Source: a virus (lineage: Duplodnaviria > Caudoviricetes). Taken from it: a DNA stretch of 64,000 nucleotides. Position 1 is the first letter of the stretch. Each line of letters begins with the position of its first letter. The position numbers were made by a program, and so were the translations under genes. The notes under the pieces are model-generated. The model had not been told where the DNA came from, did no database searches, and saw nothing but the letters and a program-made list of their open reading frames with translations. Location of the stretch: positions 10,264 through 74,263 of the IMG/VR virus record IMGVR_UViG_3300025126_000016; one strand, written 5' to 3'. This document shows, piece by piece, positions 53,496 through 63,429 of the stretch.

Positions 53496-54261
53496 CGGTA
53501 ACAACCTGTTGCACCGTCTTGCTATTGACAGGGTGGGCTTCGGAGTCCACCCTGTCAGGCAACTGTTCAATCGATTGTGTAGCCCGGCAGAGACCACAAT
53601 CATTGTCTGGGACGGCCCATACGCCAACAGTAGACGCAAAGCCATCTATGAAAAATACAAGGCTAACCGTAAGCCCAAGGAAGAGTCGAAGGTAGAGTTC
53701 TTCGATGTCGCCAAGGGTGTGCTGTCGTTCACTCCCACCATCCAGATGGAGCTACACGGATGGGAGTCTGATGATGTCATTGGCACTCTCGTCAAGAGGT
53801 ATCACAAGGATCACAACATCACCGTTGAGACCAACGATGGTGACTTCTGGCAGCTAAGCGACAAGTGCCACCTTCCTCTCGTGTCAAAGAAATGGCATAA
53901 ATTCTCACCGGACTCTTGCCTTTTGTTCAAGGCACTGGTAGGCGAGAGCAAGGACAACGTGACTGGTGTAAGGGGCTTCGGCCCCACATCTTGGGAGAAG
54001 ATTCCCGAGATTCAGAGACAGAAACTGGTCGCTTATATCAAGACTGATTCCTTTATTGATTTTCAGGATGAAGTATACGGTCTGTTCCCGCCTGGAGTTA
54101 GGAAGAACTATTCTACCGAAGCTCTCTGGAAGGAAATAAATCTATGCTGGAAGCTTAATAGCTTTTGGGACGTACCACTCGAAGAGATTGATGCCAGCAT
54201 GAAAGTAGGCAAACAGAACTTCGCAGCAGCAGATATCTATATGGAGCAATTCTTAATATGA
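53482..54261 (+). CDS. 5'-3' exonuclease / flap endonuclease
   Basis: IIDGNN, VWDG, YKANR, ESDDVI, TNDGD, KDNVTGVRGFG. Confidence 0.92.
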   Translation: MRIIDGNNLLHRLAIDRVGFGVHPVRQLFNRLCSPAETTIIVWDGPYANSRRKAIYEKYKANRKPKEESKVEFFDVAKGVLSFTPTIQMELHGWESDDVIGTLVKRYHKDHNITVETNDGDFWQLSDKCHLPLVSKKWHKFSPDSCLLFKALVGESKDNVTGVRGFGPTSWEKIPEIQRQKLVAYIKTDSFIDFQDEVYGLFPPGVRKNYSTEALWKEINLCWKLNSFWDVPLEEIDASMKVGKQNFAAADIYMEQFLI

Positions 54262-54446
54262 CACAGGTAAGATGCAAAGTCTGCGCCAATGAGCCGCGTA
54301 GTAGCCAGTTACATTGTCACGAATGCAAGGGAAGCACTTGGGTGGAAGACCCTACCCAAAACAAATGCACCCACCCCAATGAAAGCTACGATCCTATGTG
54401 CGGTGGTTGGGAATGTCCTGACTGCGGTGATAGTGGCCCCCTGTAA
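54258..54446 (+). CDS. Small zinc-finger protein
   Basis: Multiple CxxC motifs in 62 aa. Confidence 0.6.
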   Translation: MTQVRCKVCANEPRSSQLHCHECKGSTWVEDPTQNKCTHPNESYDPMCGGWECPDCGDSGPL

Positions 54447-54456
54447 GGAGAAATCT

Positions 54457-57051
54457 ATGTCTGAACTACCCATCAAGACTGTTCTGATTGATGCCCGTAC
54501 GCCTGAGAGCGTAATCATGGCAGCATTTTCAGAGCTTCGTCAGTGTGAAGTCTACGGTATCGACTGTGAGACTGAGGACAGCCAAGCCCACGATGGCATC
54601 AAGCAACTCAAGAAAAAGAAGCTGATCTTCGATCACCGCAGAGCCACCATCACTGGCTTCTCGTGGTGGGTAGAGGGCAGCGACACTGCTTACTACGTCA
54701 ACCTCGGCCACTTGGACAGCGAGAATCGTCTGCCAGAGAGCTTCGTCTATCAGTTCCTCGACAACGTGCCGAAGGAAGCGATGGGCATTGCTCACAATGC
54801 TCCCTACGAGTTGACTACGTTCAAGCAGCGGTTCAACGTGTGGCTCCCCAACCTAGTCTGCTCCATGCAGATGGCTGTGTCTCACCACGGACCGGACAAC
54901 TACGACCAGAGCAAATTCTACAACACTCCGTTGCTGAACATCAAGCCAATCATAGGTGACATTCAGGAGGAGTTTGCCACCTATGATCCCAAGAAGCACA
55001 AACGTCGTCTGACTGCTAGCCAAGCGTTCGTGTTCGGACAGTGGGCAGGTAAGACCACCAAGGCTGCTCACAGCTACAATGGCTTCGTGGACAAGATCGC
55101 TTGGAGCTACGGACTCAAGAAGCTAGTCAAGCAAATCTTCGGCTACACGATGACCGAGTTCAAGGATGTGGTCGGTGACAAGGACCACATGGGCAACTTG
55201 ACTGGTGACGAGACTGTCCAGTACGGTGCCGAAGATGCCTACTGGTGCGTGAAGGTCTTCCGCTACTTTTATGATAAGATGATGCGTGAGACACCACAGA
55301 CGTTGGTGACGTTCTTCCGTCAAGAGAACCCCATGATCTACGTCTATGCAGAGGCAGCAGTCGAAGGTCTTGAGCTTAACGTCGAGGCCGTTTACGAACG
55401 TCAACAGCTTGAACGCAAGAACGTGGCTCAGTTGCTGCGAGACATCAAGGCTGCTCTAAAAGAGCTACTGCCCTTCGACCAAGAGCCTAACTCTGAAATG
55501 ATGCGTCTGCAGCCATACTACGTCAAGGCGTGGCAGAAGAAGCGTAAGCAGATCGTTGATTGGGTCAACAAGCCTGACAGTGATGATGATTTTGAAATGG
55601 TCACTCAGGTCTCTAATCCCATCGGCAACGAGTGGGCTGGCATCGAAGGCAACGGTCGTCTTAACATCAACTACTGGCAGACTGCCCGAGTGATTTTCTA
55701 CGATCTTCTCGGTCATAAGCCTGTGCGTATCAGCGGCAAGGTAGCCAGCGATGCCGAAGCTCGTGGTCGTGTAGCCATGACCTACGAGCAGGAAGACAAT
55801 CAGAAGGCACTCAAGCTCCTTCATCTTATGGGTAAGATGGGTGGTGTCGAACAGGCAGTGAAGCTATACATCACTCCCTACACCAAGCTTATCGACCCTG
55901 AGACTGGCCGTGTCTACCCTAACATCAACAGCATGCTGGCCACTCGCCGCATGGCCATGCAGAACCCCAACGCTATGCAGTTGGCCAAGTACGGAGACAG
56001 TGCCTATGTTAGGTCGTATTTTGAATCGGATGAAAGAGACCATGTGGTGCTTAGTGCTGACTGGTCTGGTGTTGAGCTTGTGCTTATTGGTGACCTTAGT
56101 GGTGACCCTGAATTTGGTCGTGTGTTCGGTCAAATCCCCTACGACGATCTCCATTCCGGTGCGGCGGCAGATTGCCTTGCAGTTAAAACTCTTCCGGGAC
56201 TGACTCTGGACGAATTTCTTGCCTTTAAGAAAGGTCAGAACCCGAATAATCGTGACTTAAGACATATTGTTTCCGGCGAGCCTATGGACCCACGGAGCTT
56301 CTTCAAGCTAACTCGTGGTACGCCTGTCGGCAAGGGAGCCAACTTCAACTACTGGTACTCTGGCGCTCTCGGTACGGTCGGTGAGAACCTTGGCTGGACC
56401 GAAGAGGAAATGTGGGCTGGTACTGAGCGGTACAGAGAACGCTTCTGGAAGGCAGAAGAGTGGCGCGTGGGGGTCTGTGACGAAATCACCAAGAAGGGCT
56501 TCGTTACCTTGCCTGACGGGCACCGTAGAGTACGTTTCGAGGCTACCTCCGAATGGTGGCTTGCCATGCAACGTAAGTTTGCCCAGATCAGTGCCAACCC
56601 TGCCGTAGGAAACTTCGCAGAGTTGTTCATGAAGGCTACGCAGACCAGAGCCAGAAACCAAGCGGTCAACGCCATGATCCAAGGTTCCTGTGCAGGCATG
56701 GCTAAGCAGGCAATCATCAAGATTCGTGAGACTGCTGACCCACGGTTCTTCCGCTTCATGATGCCTATTCACGACGAACTCGTATTCTCTGTTCATAAAG
56801 ACTACGTGCTTGAATTTATCGTATTGATGAAGGCGGCTATGAATACTCAACCGACCTTCGTCAAGAATTTGCCCTTGCATTGCACTGTTGCTGTTGGTAA
56901 GACTTTCGGTGTTAAGGATCAGATTGAGCTTGACGAAGCAGAACCGATTGAAGGTGTTATTCCAGAATCGTATGCTGGCAAGCCACTGCCCGAAAACATT
57001 GTGCAAGAGGTAGTCAACTACGTAATGGAAAGCAAAAATAATGAACATTGA
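54457..57051 (+). CDS. Family A DNA polymerase with 3'-5' exonuclease
   Basis: IDCETE, AHNAPYE exonuclease motifs; SADWSGVEL motif A; GKGANFNYWY motif B (Phe at 762-equivalent); IHDELV motif C. Confidence 0.96.
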   Translation: MSELPIKTVLIDARTPESVIMAAFSELRQCEVYGIDCETEDSQAHDGIKQLKKKKLIFDHRRATITGFSWWVEGSDTAYYVNLGHLDSENRLPESFVYQFLDNVPKEAMGIAHNAPYELTTFKQRFNVWLPNLVCSMQMAVSHHGPDNYDQSKFYNTPLLNIKPIIGDIQEEFATYDPKKHKRRLTASQAFVFGQWAGKTTKAAHSYNGFVDKIAWSYGLKKLVKQIFGYTMTEFKDVVGDKDHMGNLTGDETVQYGAEDAYWCVKVFRYFYDKMMRETPQTLVTFFRQENPMIYVYAEAAVEGLELNVEAVYERQQLERKNVAQLLRDIKAALKELLPFDQEPNSEMMRLQPYYVKAWQKKRKQIVDWVNKPDSDDDFEMVTQVSNPIGNEWAGIEGNGRLNINYWQTARVIFYDLLGHKPVRISGKVASDAEARGRVAMTYEQEDNQKALKLLHLMGKMGGVEQAVKLYITPYTKLIDPETGRVYPNINSMLATRRMAMQNPNAMQLAKYGDSAYVRSYFESDERDHVVLSADWSGVELVLIGDLSGDPEFGRVFGQIPYDDLHSGAAADCLAVKTLPGLTLDEFLAFKKGQNPNNRDLRHIVSGEPMDPRSFFKLTRGTPVGKGANFNYWYSGALGTVGENLGWTEEEMWAGTERYRERFWKAEEWRVGVCDEITKKGFVTLPDGHRRVRFEATSEWWLAMQRKFAQISANPAVGNFAELFMKATQTRARNQAVNAMIQGSCAGMAKQAIIKIRETADPRFFRFMMPIHDELVFSVHKDYVLEFIVLMKAAMNTQPTFVKNLPLHCTVAVGKTFGVKDQIELDEAEPIEGVIPESYAGKPLPENIVQEVVNYVMESKNNEH

Positions 57052-57397
57052 ATACCTGTCCCACCACGAGGCCGCTCAGTTTCATGATATGATTCACGAA
57101 GACGGGGAGTTAGCTACCCTCTTCGGAACACTCATGGTACAGATGGAAGTGGATACTGACTACGATACCTTCCTTATCTCCTTTGATGATGAAGATACTA
57201 TCCGCATCATGGTTGAGGACTCTCCGTATATTGTAGTCATGGACGAAGATACTTGTACCATTGAGCTTTATCTCCGAAACGATACCGAGGAAGAGCCAGA
57301 GCTAGCTGGTGAGTACGACTTCAATGAGGATGGGGTGATGACTCTGGTTGACACCATTGCCAGTCGAGTCCTCGGAGAAGAGACAGATGGCGCGTAA
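57041..57397 (+). CDS. Highly acidic hypothetical protein
   Basis: 118 aa Asp/Glu-rich. Confidence 0.65.
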   Translation: MNIEYLSHHEAAQFHDMIHEDGELATLFGTLMVQMEVDTDYDTFLISFDDEDTIRIMVEDSPYIVVMDEDTCTIELYLRNDTEEEPELAGEYDFNEDGVMTLVDTIASRVLGEETDGA

Positions 57398-57800
57398 CTC
57401 TGGTAAAAAGAGTGAAGCTATCTTTGAAGATAATGTCTCGGGGTTGGTCTTCCGGCTCCGAGACAAAGCTGATCTTGTAGGATTGAACAAGGGGAAGAAT
57501 GTTGCTGCTTTCGGTAACCCTAGTGATTATATTATTGTTGAGCTTGACCGTGCTTATCTTGCTGAGGTCAAATCGACGACTAGCACGACGAGCTTCTCTC
57601 TTAGCGGGTTTACACCGGCTCAACGATCCGCAATGTACAAGATGCACAAAAGCGGGATGGGACATCACTACCTAGTTTACATCCACTCCCTGCACCACGA
57701 CACATGGCACCTGATCACTGCTGATGAGTATGTTGAAACGATCAAATCAGGAAAGAAATCTATCAAATGGAAAGACCTAACTACCCAGATATCATGGTAG
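57387..57800 (+). CDS. PD-(D/E)xK Holliday-junction resolvase-like nuclease
   Basis: GKKSE, PSDYII, LAEVKST. Confidence 0.8.
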   Translation: MARNSGKKSEAIFEDNVSGLVFRLRDKADLVGLNKGKNVAAFGNPSDYIIVELDRAYLAEVKSTTSTTSFSLSGFTPAQRSAMYKMHKSGMGHHYLVYIHSLHHDTWHLITADEYVETIKSGKKSIKWKDLTTQISW

Positions 57801-58351
57801 ATATCGAAACGACCGGCCTACAGCCGAATGCTTCCGCCATCATCCAGATCGGTGCCGTGCCATTCAACTTCGACACGAAGGAAATCGACACGGATAACAT
57901 GTATTGTCAGAGCTTGACGATGCCGAAGAATCGTTACTGGAACAGTGGCACAGAAGATTTTTGGCTCGGCCAGAACCGTGAGACTTACATGAGCATCATG
58001 GCCAAAGCGCGTCCTTACAAGGAAGTCGTCAAGGAGTTCTATAACTGGTGTATTCAGCGCATGCTGGCTACCGAGGAAGGTGATCTCCGCTGGTGGAGCA
58101 AGGGCTGGATGGATCATGCTACCGTGGATAGTTATTTCCTGGATGCTGGACTCGATATGCCATTCAACTTCCGTCAGGCAAAAGACATGCGTTCGTTTAT
58201 CGCTGGCTTGAGCGGTGAGGCTACTTATGAAGACCCGAAAGTAGAGATGGTTGGAACCCACCACAACGCGCTGCATGATTGCCTCACGCAGCTTCGTATG
58301 TTGTTCAAAGCAAAGGATGAAACATGTCAGAGCGTAGTGATTTCCGCCTAA
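57767..58351 (+). CDS. DEDDh 3'-5' exonuclease
   Basis: VDIETTG, IQIGAV, HHNALHDC. Confidence 0.9.
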   Translation: MERPNYPDIMVDIETTGLQPNASAIIQIGAVPFNFDTKEIDTDNMYCQSLTMPKNRYWNSGTEDFWLGQNRETYMSIMAKARPYKEVVKEFYNWCIQRMLATEEGDLRWWSKGWMDHATVDSYFLDAGLDMPFNFRQAKDMRSFIAGLSGEATYEDPKVEMVGTHHNALHDCLTQLRMLFKAKDETCQSVVISA

Positions 58352-59277
58352 TCGGAGACCCTCACATTACACGCAAGTTCTTGAACAATGTCCCTCTCGC
58401 CCGTCGTGGCGAGAGGGAGAAAGCTTTGTTCGATGATTTCAAATCTCGTCTCTATCAGGGAACGGAGAAGTATGTCATTATGGTAGGGGACCTCTTTGAG
58501 AAGCCTCTTACTACGGTAGCTGACCTTCACGAGACCATGAAGATACTGCTCACTGCTGCTGCTCGTCAGCCTAAGCGTCAGTTTTTCATGATGTGCGGCA
58601 ACCACGATATCTCTCCTCAAAAGAATAATCCCGGCTCGTTCGATGTCCTCGTGATGCTGAACGGCTATTTCGACAATCTGCATTTCGTCGTCAAACCCAC
58701 AGTAATCGACCGCATCGCTTTGTTTCCTTGGGAATGGAGTCGCACAGCCAAAGAGCAACTTGAGGATATAGAAGCAGGAACGTTCGACATGGCTGTGGGT
58801 CATTGGGACTTGGTGGCTTATGATGATATGCACATGGATCACTTTTGTCCTGCTGCCGCACTGACGGAAATGGGAGCGAAGAAAATCTACAGCGGCCACT
58901 GGCACGTAGCAGGAGACTACAAGGTGGAAGGTCACACCGTTCACTGTACTGGCTCCATGCAGCCTATGACTCACGCAGAGGACCCTGATGGGAAGCTGTA
59001 TGTGACTCTGACGCTGGAAGAGTATGAGGAAACTGACAAGGCTAAACTCAAGGACAAGTATGTCCGTGTTATTGCTGATGAAAATGATGTCGTGGACAGG
59101 TTAGAAGACTGTCTCGGCTTCAAGGTTCAGAAGAACAAAGGCCACGAGTATGAGTACGAGCCTGTTGAAGTTGATATGTTCGACTCTAAAGAAGTCGTCA
59201 AGAAAAGTTTGAAGAAGCACAACGTACCGAAAGACGTTGGAGCGTTCATCATGGAGAAACTAGATGTTGATTCTTAA
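58324..59277 (+). CDS. Mre11/SbcD-like metallophosphoesterase nuclease
   Basis: GDPH, VGDLF, GNHD, GHW, SGHWH, TGS motifs. Confidence 0.9.
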   Translation: MSERSDFRLIGDPHITRKFLNNVPLARRGEREKALFDDFKSRLYQGTEKYVIMVGDLFEKPLTTVADLHETMKILLTAAARQPKRQFFMMCGNHDISPQKNNPGSFDVLVMLNGYFDNLHFVVKPTVIDRIALFPWEWSRTAKEQLEDIEAGTFDMAVGHWDLVAYDDMHMDHFCPAAALTEMGAKKIYSGHWHVAGDYKVEGHTVHCTGSMQPMTHAEDPDGKLYVTLTLEEYEETDKAKLKDKYVRVIADENDVVDRLEDCLGFKVQKNKGHEYEYEPVEVDMFDSKEVVKKSLKKHNVPKDVGAFIMEKLDVDS

Positions 59278-59473
59278 TTTTATTCGTGCCCTGCTGATCT
59301 TCTTCGGTATCGGGCTGTACCGTATTTCTCAGATGGACTTCCTGAGCATCAGTGAGGGGATATCGTTGTTCGCTATCATCTTCATTGGTCTGATGCTCAG
59401 GGAAATTATTGAGGACTACGTAGTCAGGCAGTTCAACCCCGAAGACCAAGTAGGTCGAGTTTTCCGGGGCTAG
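59264..59473 (+). CDS. Small two-TM membrane protein
   Basis: 69 aa hydrophobic. Confidence 0.6.
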   Translation: MLILNFIRALLIFFGIGLYRISQMDFLSISEGISLFAIIFIGLMLREIIEDYVVRQFNPEDQVGRVFRG

Positions 59474-59765
59474 CCTTCTCAATGGCCTCACGATCACGTT
59501 CCTCGCAGCGTTCGATAATCTCGATTGCAGCAATACGTTTGTCATCTGAGGTCTCTACCTTGGCAGTCTGACCGATTCCAAAATTGATCCAGTTCTTAAG
59601 GGTGGCGAGAGCATCGTCACCCTTTTCTGGTGCAGGGGTATGCTCTGTAGCTTCCCTGTAGGTGTCAGGAACCAGGCTGCTGCATGTCGTCGTCGGAGCA
59701 TACACCGAAGTTGACACACAAGCCCCTAGCACCAGCGTCATGGGCAGAACCAAAATCTTGTGCAT
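59433..59765 (-). CDS. Outer-membrane spanin (Rz1-like lipoprotein)
   Basis: Start MHKILV, lipobox LGAC, overlaps i-spanin 3' end. Confidence 0.8.
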   Translation of the reverse strand: MHKILVLPMTLVLGACVSTSVYAPTTTCSSLVPDTYREATEHTPAPEKGDDALATLKNWINFGIGQTAKVETSDDKRIAAIEIIERCEERDREAIEKASPGKLDLLGLRG

Positions 59766-60033
59766 TGTTGACTTCCTTCTCAATCGTTCTAACAGTTTCA
59801 TACCGTTCTACTTCACGGCGGTTAATCTCTGTTACCGTATTGACAGCATCCTGTCCACTCTCAATGGCAGCGTCGTTACGTTCTTCGGCTACCTCAGCAG
59901 CAACTTCCTTGTCCTTAGTCATAAGGTCATCAACGAAGTTATATACCAACAGACCGGCAACTGCGACTACGGCCAAAAGACCCAGACGCCAAGCGATGCT
60001 CAAACCATTAGGCCAGCTTTTCATGATGGCCAC
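59665..60033 (-). CDS. Inner-membrane spanin (Rz-like)
   Basis: N-terminal TM plus coiled coil. Confidence 0.8.
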   Translation of the reverse strand: MAIMKSWPNGLSIAWRLGLLAVVAVAGLLVYNFVDDLMTKDKEVAAEVAEERNDAAIESGQDAVNTVTEINRREVERYETVRTIEKEVNNAQDFGSAHDAGARGLCVNFGVCSDDDMQQPGS

Positions 60034-60398
60034 CTTCCAATTGCTCTCAAGAGCTGCTCAAGATCAGCCACCGCCTTGTCTGCAGCATCCGAATCTGGAG
60101 CCTTGACCAAGCGAATAATGTGGTCGATCAGAGTTTCGATACGACCTTCAAGCTGCACCATGCTGGCTTTCAGGGTTCGATTCTCCTCTTGTAGCACTTC
60201 CAGCGCCATTGTCAAAGTTTCCATAGCCTTGGCACCCAGAGTAGTCTCTGAATTGATCTTGGCTACGGTAATATTCCCGTGATTAGTCAGGATACCCTTA
60301 ACGATGAAGCCAAGAATAGCAAAGAAAGCAGCCAAAATGATGGCTCCCAAGGTATTCTGATTGACTACCGTGGCGAAAAATTCAGGTAGCCCTGTCAT
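60021..60398 (-). CDS. Holin/antiholin-like single-TM coiled-coil protein
   Basis: TM LGAIILAAFFAILGFIV then coiled coil; in lysis block. Confidence 0.5.
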   Translation of the reverse strand: MTGLPEFFATVVNQNTLGAIILAAFFAILGFIVKGILTNHGNITVAKINSETTLGAKAMETLTMALEVLQEENRTLKASMVQLEGRIETLIDHIIRLVKAPDSDAADKAVADLEQLLRAIGRWPS

Positions 60399-60879
60399 TG
60401 ACTGCCTTCCTAGCTAGTTCCAGAGCCAGAGTAGTCTCTGCACTTTCGATCACTCCCTTGGTAAAGTTAGTATCTGTTTCATTCATGTGTGCTACTCTCA
60501 CAGCTAAGTCCAGGTTGTCTGTAGTAAACAACCAATAAAATCTCTCAAAGTCTACGATAGCTGCCACCCGTCTACCGATTAGGGCGATGATAGAGCCGAT
60601 CATTAGGGTGCATTGCAGCATCAGAGACCAAGGAATAGTCCATTCTGAGACTTCTCTCCCGCAGAATACCAAGATATTATAGCCGAGTGTTCCTGCCGAG
60701 AAGAAAAATACCACTGACTGATAAAGGGACATGGGGAATGCGTCGCCTTTAAGCAGACTTACAAAGCCCTTGAAAGACCACGACATATTGTACAGGAGCA
60801 ACGGGGTAAGCAGAATACGTAGCACTATCAGTGCGGTAGCTGCCAAACCTAGTGACAGGTACGTATCAAGCAGTTCCAT
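60382..60879 (-). CDS. Multi-TM membrane protein in lysis block
   Basis: Three hydrophobic segments. Confidence 0.6.
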   Translation of the reverse strand: MELLDTYLSLGLAATALIVLRILLTPLLLYNMSWSFKGFVSLLKGDAFPMSLYQSVVFFFSAGTLGYNILVFCGREVSEWTIPWSLMLQCTLMIGSIIALIGRRVAAIVDFERFYWLFTTDNLDLAVRVAHMNETDTNFTKGVIESAETTLALELARKAVNDRAT

Positions 60880-61177
60880 CTGTCTTGCCCTTTACCTTAT
60901 TAACAGAGGCATCGGCAAAATCCTTAGCAATTGCCTGACCAGAACGGCCAAACACATAGGCTGTGAACATGATCTGGATGGTTGCGTAGTAGTTGTCGTC
61001 CATAGCTGCGAAGAACCCTACGAATACCCGCATGGCGCGGTCACCCGCAGTAGGCGCAAACAGCTCAATCAACGCAAAGATGAAGCCCCCGAACACGAGC
61101 AGCCCGACCATCACGGCAAGCGAGCCGGGACGGACTAAGGCAATGAATTTATTCAGCCAAGGAGGGCAATTTTCCAT
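60866..61177 (-). CDS. Putative holin
   Basis: 103 aa, two to three TM, AYVFGRS motif, basic C-terminus. Confidence 0.6.
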   Translation of the reverse strand: MENCPPWLNKFIALVRPGSLAVMVGLLVFGGFIFALIELFAPTAGDRAMRVFVGFFAAMDDNYYATIQIMFTAYVFGRSGQAIAKDFADASVNKVKGKTDGTA

Positions 61178-61214
61178 GTTGACAACGACCTCTGTTGTAT
61201 CTTATGAGGGACTC

Positions 61215-63053
61215 ATGCTAGAATCCATTAGATATGTGGTTACCTTTAATACCACAGGTCGCACCTTAAAAAACGAAATAAGTTTCAAACCGGGCCTCAC
61301 CGTAATCAAGGGTGAGAACGAGTCTGGCAAGAGCTTTGTACTTGAAATGATTAGATATGCTCTTTTCGGATCGGATGCTCTACGTGGTACTCGCGCAGAC
61401 TACGATAAACTAGACGTCACCTTAGTCATTAGCATTAAGGGCAAGAGATATACCATTGTTCGCAAAGGAAATAAAGCCACCGTTAATGGTGATGAAGCCG
61501 TAGGCACCACCGCGAGCAACGATTACATCAAGAAGCAGCTAGGGTTCGGTCTCTCTGTCTTCGATATCTCGGGTCATGCCATGCAGGGAGAGCTTGATAA
61601 GCTGACCAAAGACCTCGGCCCTACGGAACGTCGTCGCATCATTGATGAAGTGACAGGGCTGAACCAGTTTGAGGCCGCAGAAAAAGATTGCAGAACTCAA
61701 GCAAACGAAATGCGTAAGGTAGCTGAGGCTCTGGAAGCGCAGCTAGTTGAACCTGTTGAGCCTGTAAAACCAGACTCTTACGAGGAAAGCTCTGCTTTAA
61801 GATCACGGCTTGATAAAGAACTTCGCAACAAGGCTATCCGAGATAACTTCGAGGAAATGGATGAACCCGTCGAGCCAGAGAAGCCCGAAGGGAACCCTGA
61901 TGCGATTGAGCATGAGGAAGAACGCAGACAGTGGTATCGTCAACGCGATACTCTGGAAACCAAATTAGCCCGTCTACCGGAGATTGATCAGACCTATGAC
62001 AAAGAGCAGCTTAAAGACTTCCTCCGCTTTATCGAACAGGAAGAACAAGGTCCCCTTCCAGAAGGATACAAGAAGTCAGACCTTGCACAGTGGCGGGGCG
62101 ATTGGGCAATTCTCGCCAGAGAATCTGAGCCTCTCAAGTGTCCTGAATGTGATGCAATTGTGCAAGGGAGGGAGCTACCTGCCAAGCCACCACTCACGCG
62201 CTCTGAAATTGACGAGGAAGAATGCCGACAAGCGCGGTGGGAAGGACATCGTTTTGACGATAGACTCCAGCCAAGCCCTCTCAGCAGGAAGGAAGTCGAA
62301 TCTCGACTATCTGCTTACAATGCTGCGCCAGAGAGAGTTATGCTTCAAAAGCAACTCAAAGACCTCGGAGCAGAGCCGAAAGATCGCAGTGAAGAAAGCA
62401 ACGCGTGGAGGGCTTACGAACGAGCTATTGAAAAATATGCCGACCTGAAACATGCCTATGGCAACTACCTGCAGAAGAAGCAGATCGTAGACAATCTCCC
62501 GCAGCCAGAGCCTTTCTTGCAGGAGACCTACGAAATGTCCCTGCGCTATGAGACCTTGCTTGGGAAATATGAGACGACAAAAGACATCTATGAGACTCAA
62601 GTAGCGAAGCTTGAGAAGGTCAAGGAAAGCCATGAGGGTTACAAGCGTGGCTCCGCTGCGCTAAAGGAAGCTCGCAAGGAAGTGAAGCGGTATCTCGTGC
62701 CTTCTCTGAGCAGAGTTGCCTCTGCCCTGCTGGCTGAAATGACAGATGGCGAACGTCGTCATATTTTTATTGATGAAGATTTCAATATTTGGGTTGACAA
62801 ACAACCGGTTCAGACGTTATCTGGGTCAGGTGTTTCGGTGGTGAACCTGGCCCTCCGCGTGGCTTTGGGTCAGGTTCTCACTCAGTCCGTCATTCCAATC
62901 TTCTTGGCTGACGAAATTGATGCAAACATGGCTGAAAAAAGAACACAGGCTACTCATGGTAGTCTACGTCGGCTCAAGAGCAAACTGAAACAGATTTTGG
63001 TAGTAACTCACAAGGACTTTGAGGAAAGTGATCACACCCTATGGATAACCTAG
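61215..63053 (+). CDS. Rad50/SbcC-like ATPase
   Basis: GENESGKS Walker A, CPEC hook, LSGSG signature, LADE, VVTH. Confidence 0.92.
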   Translation: MLESIRYVVTFNTTGRTLKNEISFKPGLTVIKGENESGKSFVLEMIRYALFGSDALRGTRADYDKLDVTLVISIKGKRYTIVRKGNKATVNGDEAVGTTASNDYIKKQLGFGLSVFDISGHAMQGELDKLTKDLGPTERRRIIDEVTGLNQFEAAEKDCRTQANEMRKVAEALEAQLVEPVEPVKPDSYEESSALRSRLDKELRNKAIRDNFEEMDEPVEPEKPEGNPDAIEHEEERRQWYRQRDTLETKLARLPEIDQTYDKEQLKDFLRFIEQEEQGPLPEGYKKSDLAQWRGDWAILARESEPLKCPECDAIVQGRELPAKPPLTRSEIDEEECRQARWEGHRFDDRLQPSPLSRKEVESRLSAYNAAPERVMLQKQLKDLGAEPKDRSEESNAWRAYERAIEKYADLKHAYGNYLQKKQIVDNLPQPEPFLQETYEMSLRYETLLGKYETTKDIYETQVAKLEKVKESHEGYKRGSAALKEARKEVKRYLVPSLSRVASALLAEMTDGERRHIFIDEDFNIWVDKQPVQTLSGSGVSVVNLALRVALGQVLTQSVIPIFLADEIDANMAEKRTQATHGSLRRLKSKLKQILVVTHKDFEESDHTLWIT

Positions 63054-63427
63054 AAAAAGACGTTCGGGAAGAGCTGGCCAAGCACGGTTCAGTGTTCAAG
63101 ACTTGTCGCCACCTCGGTATCGACAACGTCGAGTACGTGTCGAATATCGCTAACGACATGAAGAAAGACATCAAGCCTGACCTGTCTGGTTGTAGCCATG
63201 ATGGGTATGGTAAACCTTCCCTCAGGGAAAACCTTGTTGCTCGTAGCTTGGCGAGCGAGGTATGGGACAATGAGCGACCAGAGGTTGCTGATGCTCGTGC
63301 CAAGTACGAGGCGGGAACGCATGATATGGCAACAGGGAGAGACGGACCGTATGTGCTTCTATATCTCTTTGCTCGCGGTGTGAAGTCTCCTCGCCCCGAC
63401 TATTTTACCCCTACAATCGAAAGGTAA
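63041..63427 (+). CDS. Hypothetical protein
   Basis: 128 aa, coupled. Confidence 0.65.
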   Translation: MDNLEKDVREELAKHGSVFKTCRHLGIDNVEYVSNIANDMKKDIKPDLSGCSHDGYGKPSLRENLVARSLASEVWDNERPEVADARAKYEAGTHDMATGRDGPYVLLYLFARGVKSPRPDYFTPTIER

Positions 63428-63429
63428 TT

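Noticed and set aside
54457-57051. Inteins, introns or homing endonucleases in DNA polymerase, RNR or terminase
   Set aside because: Lengths and motif spacing are normal; no intein termini or HNH/LAGLIDADG ORFs seen
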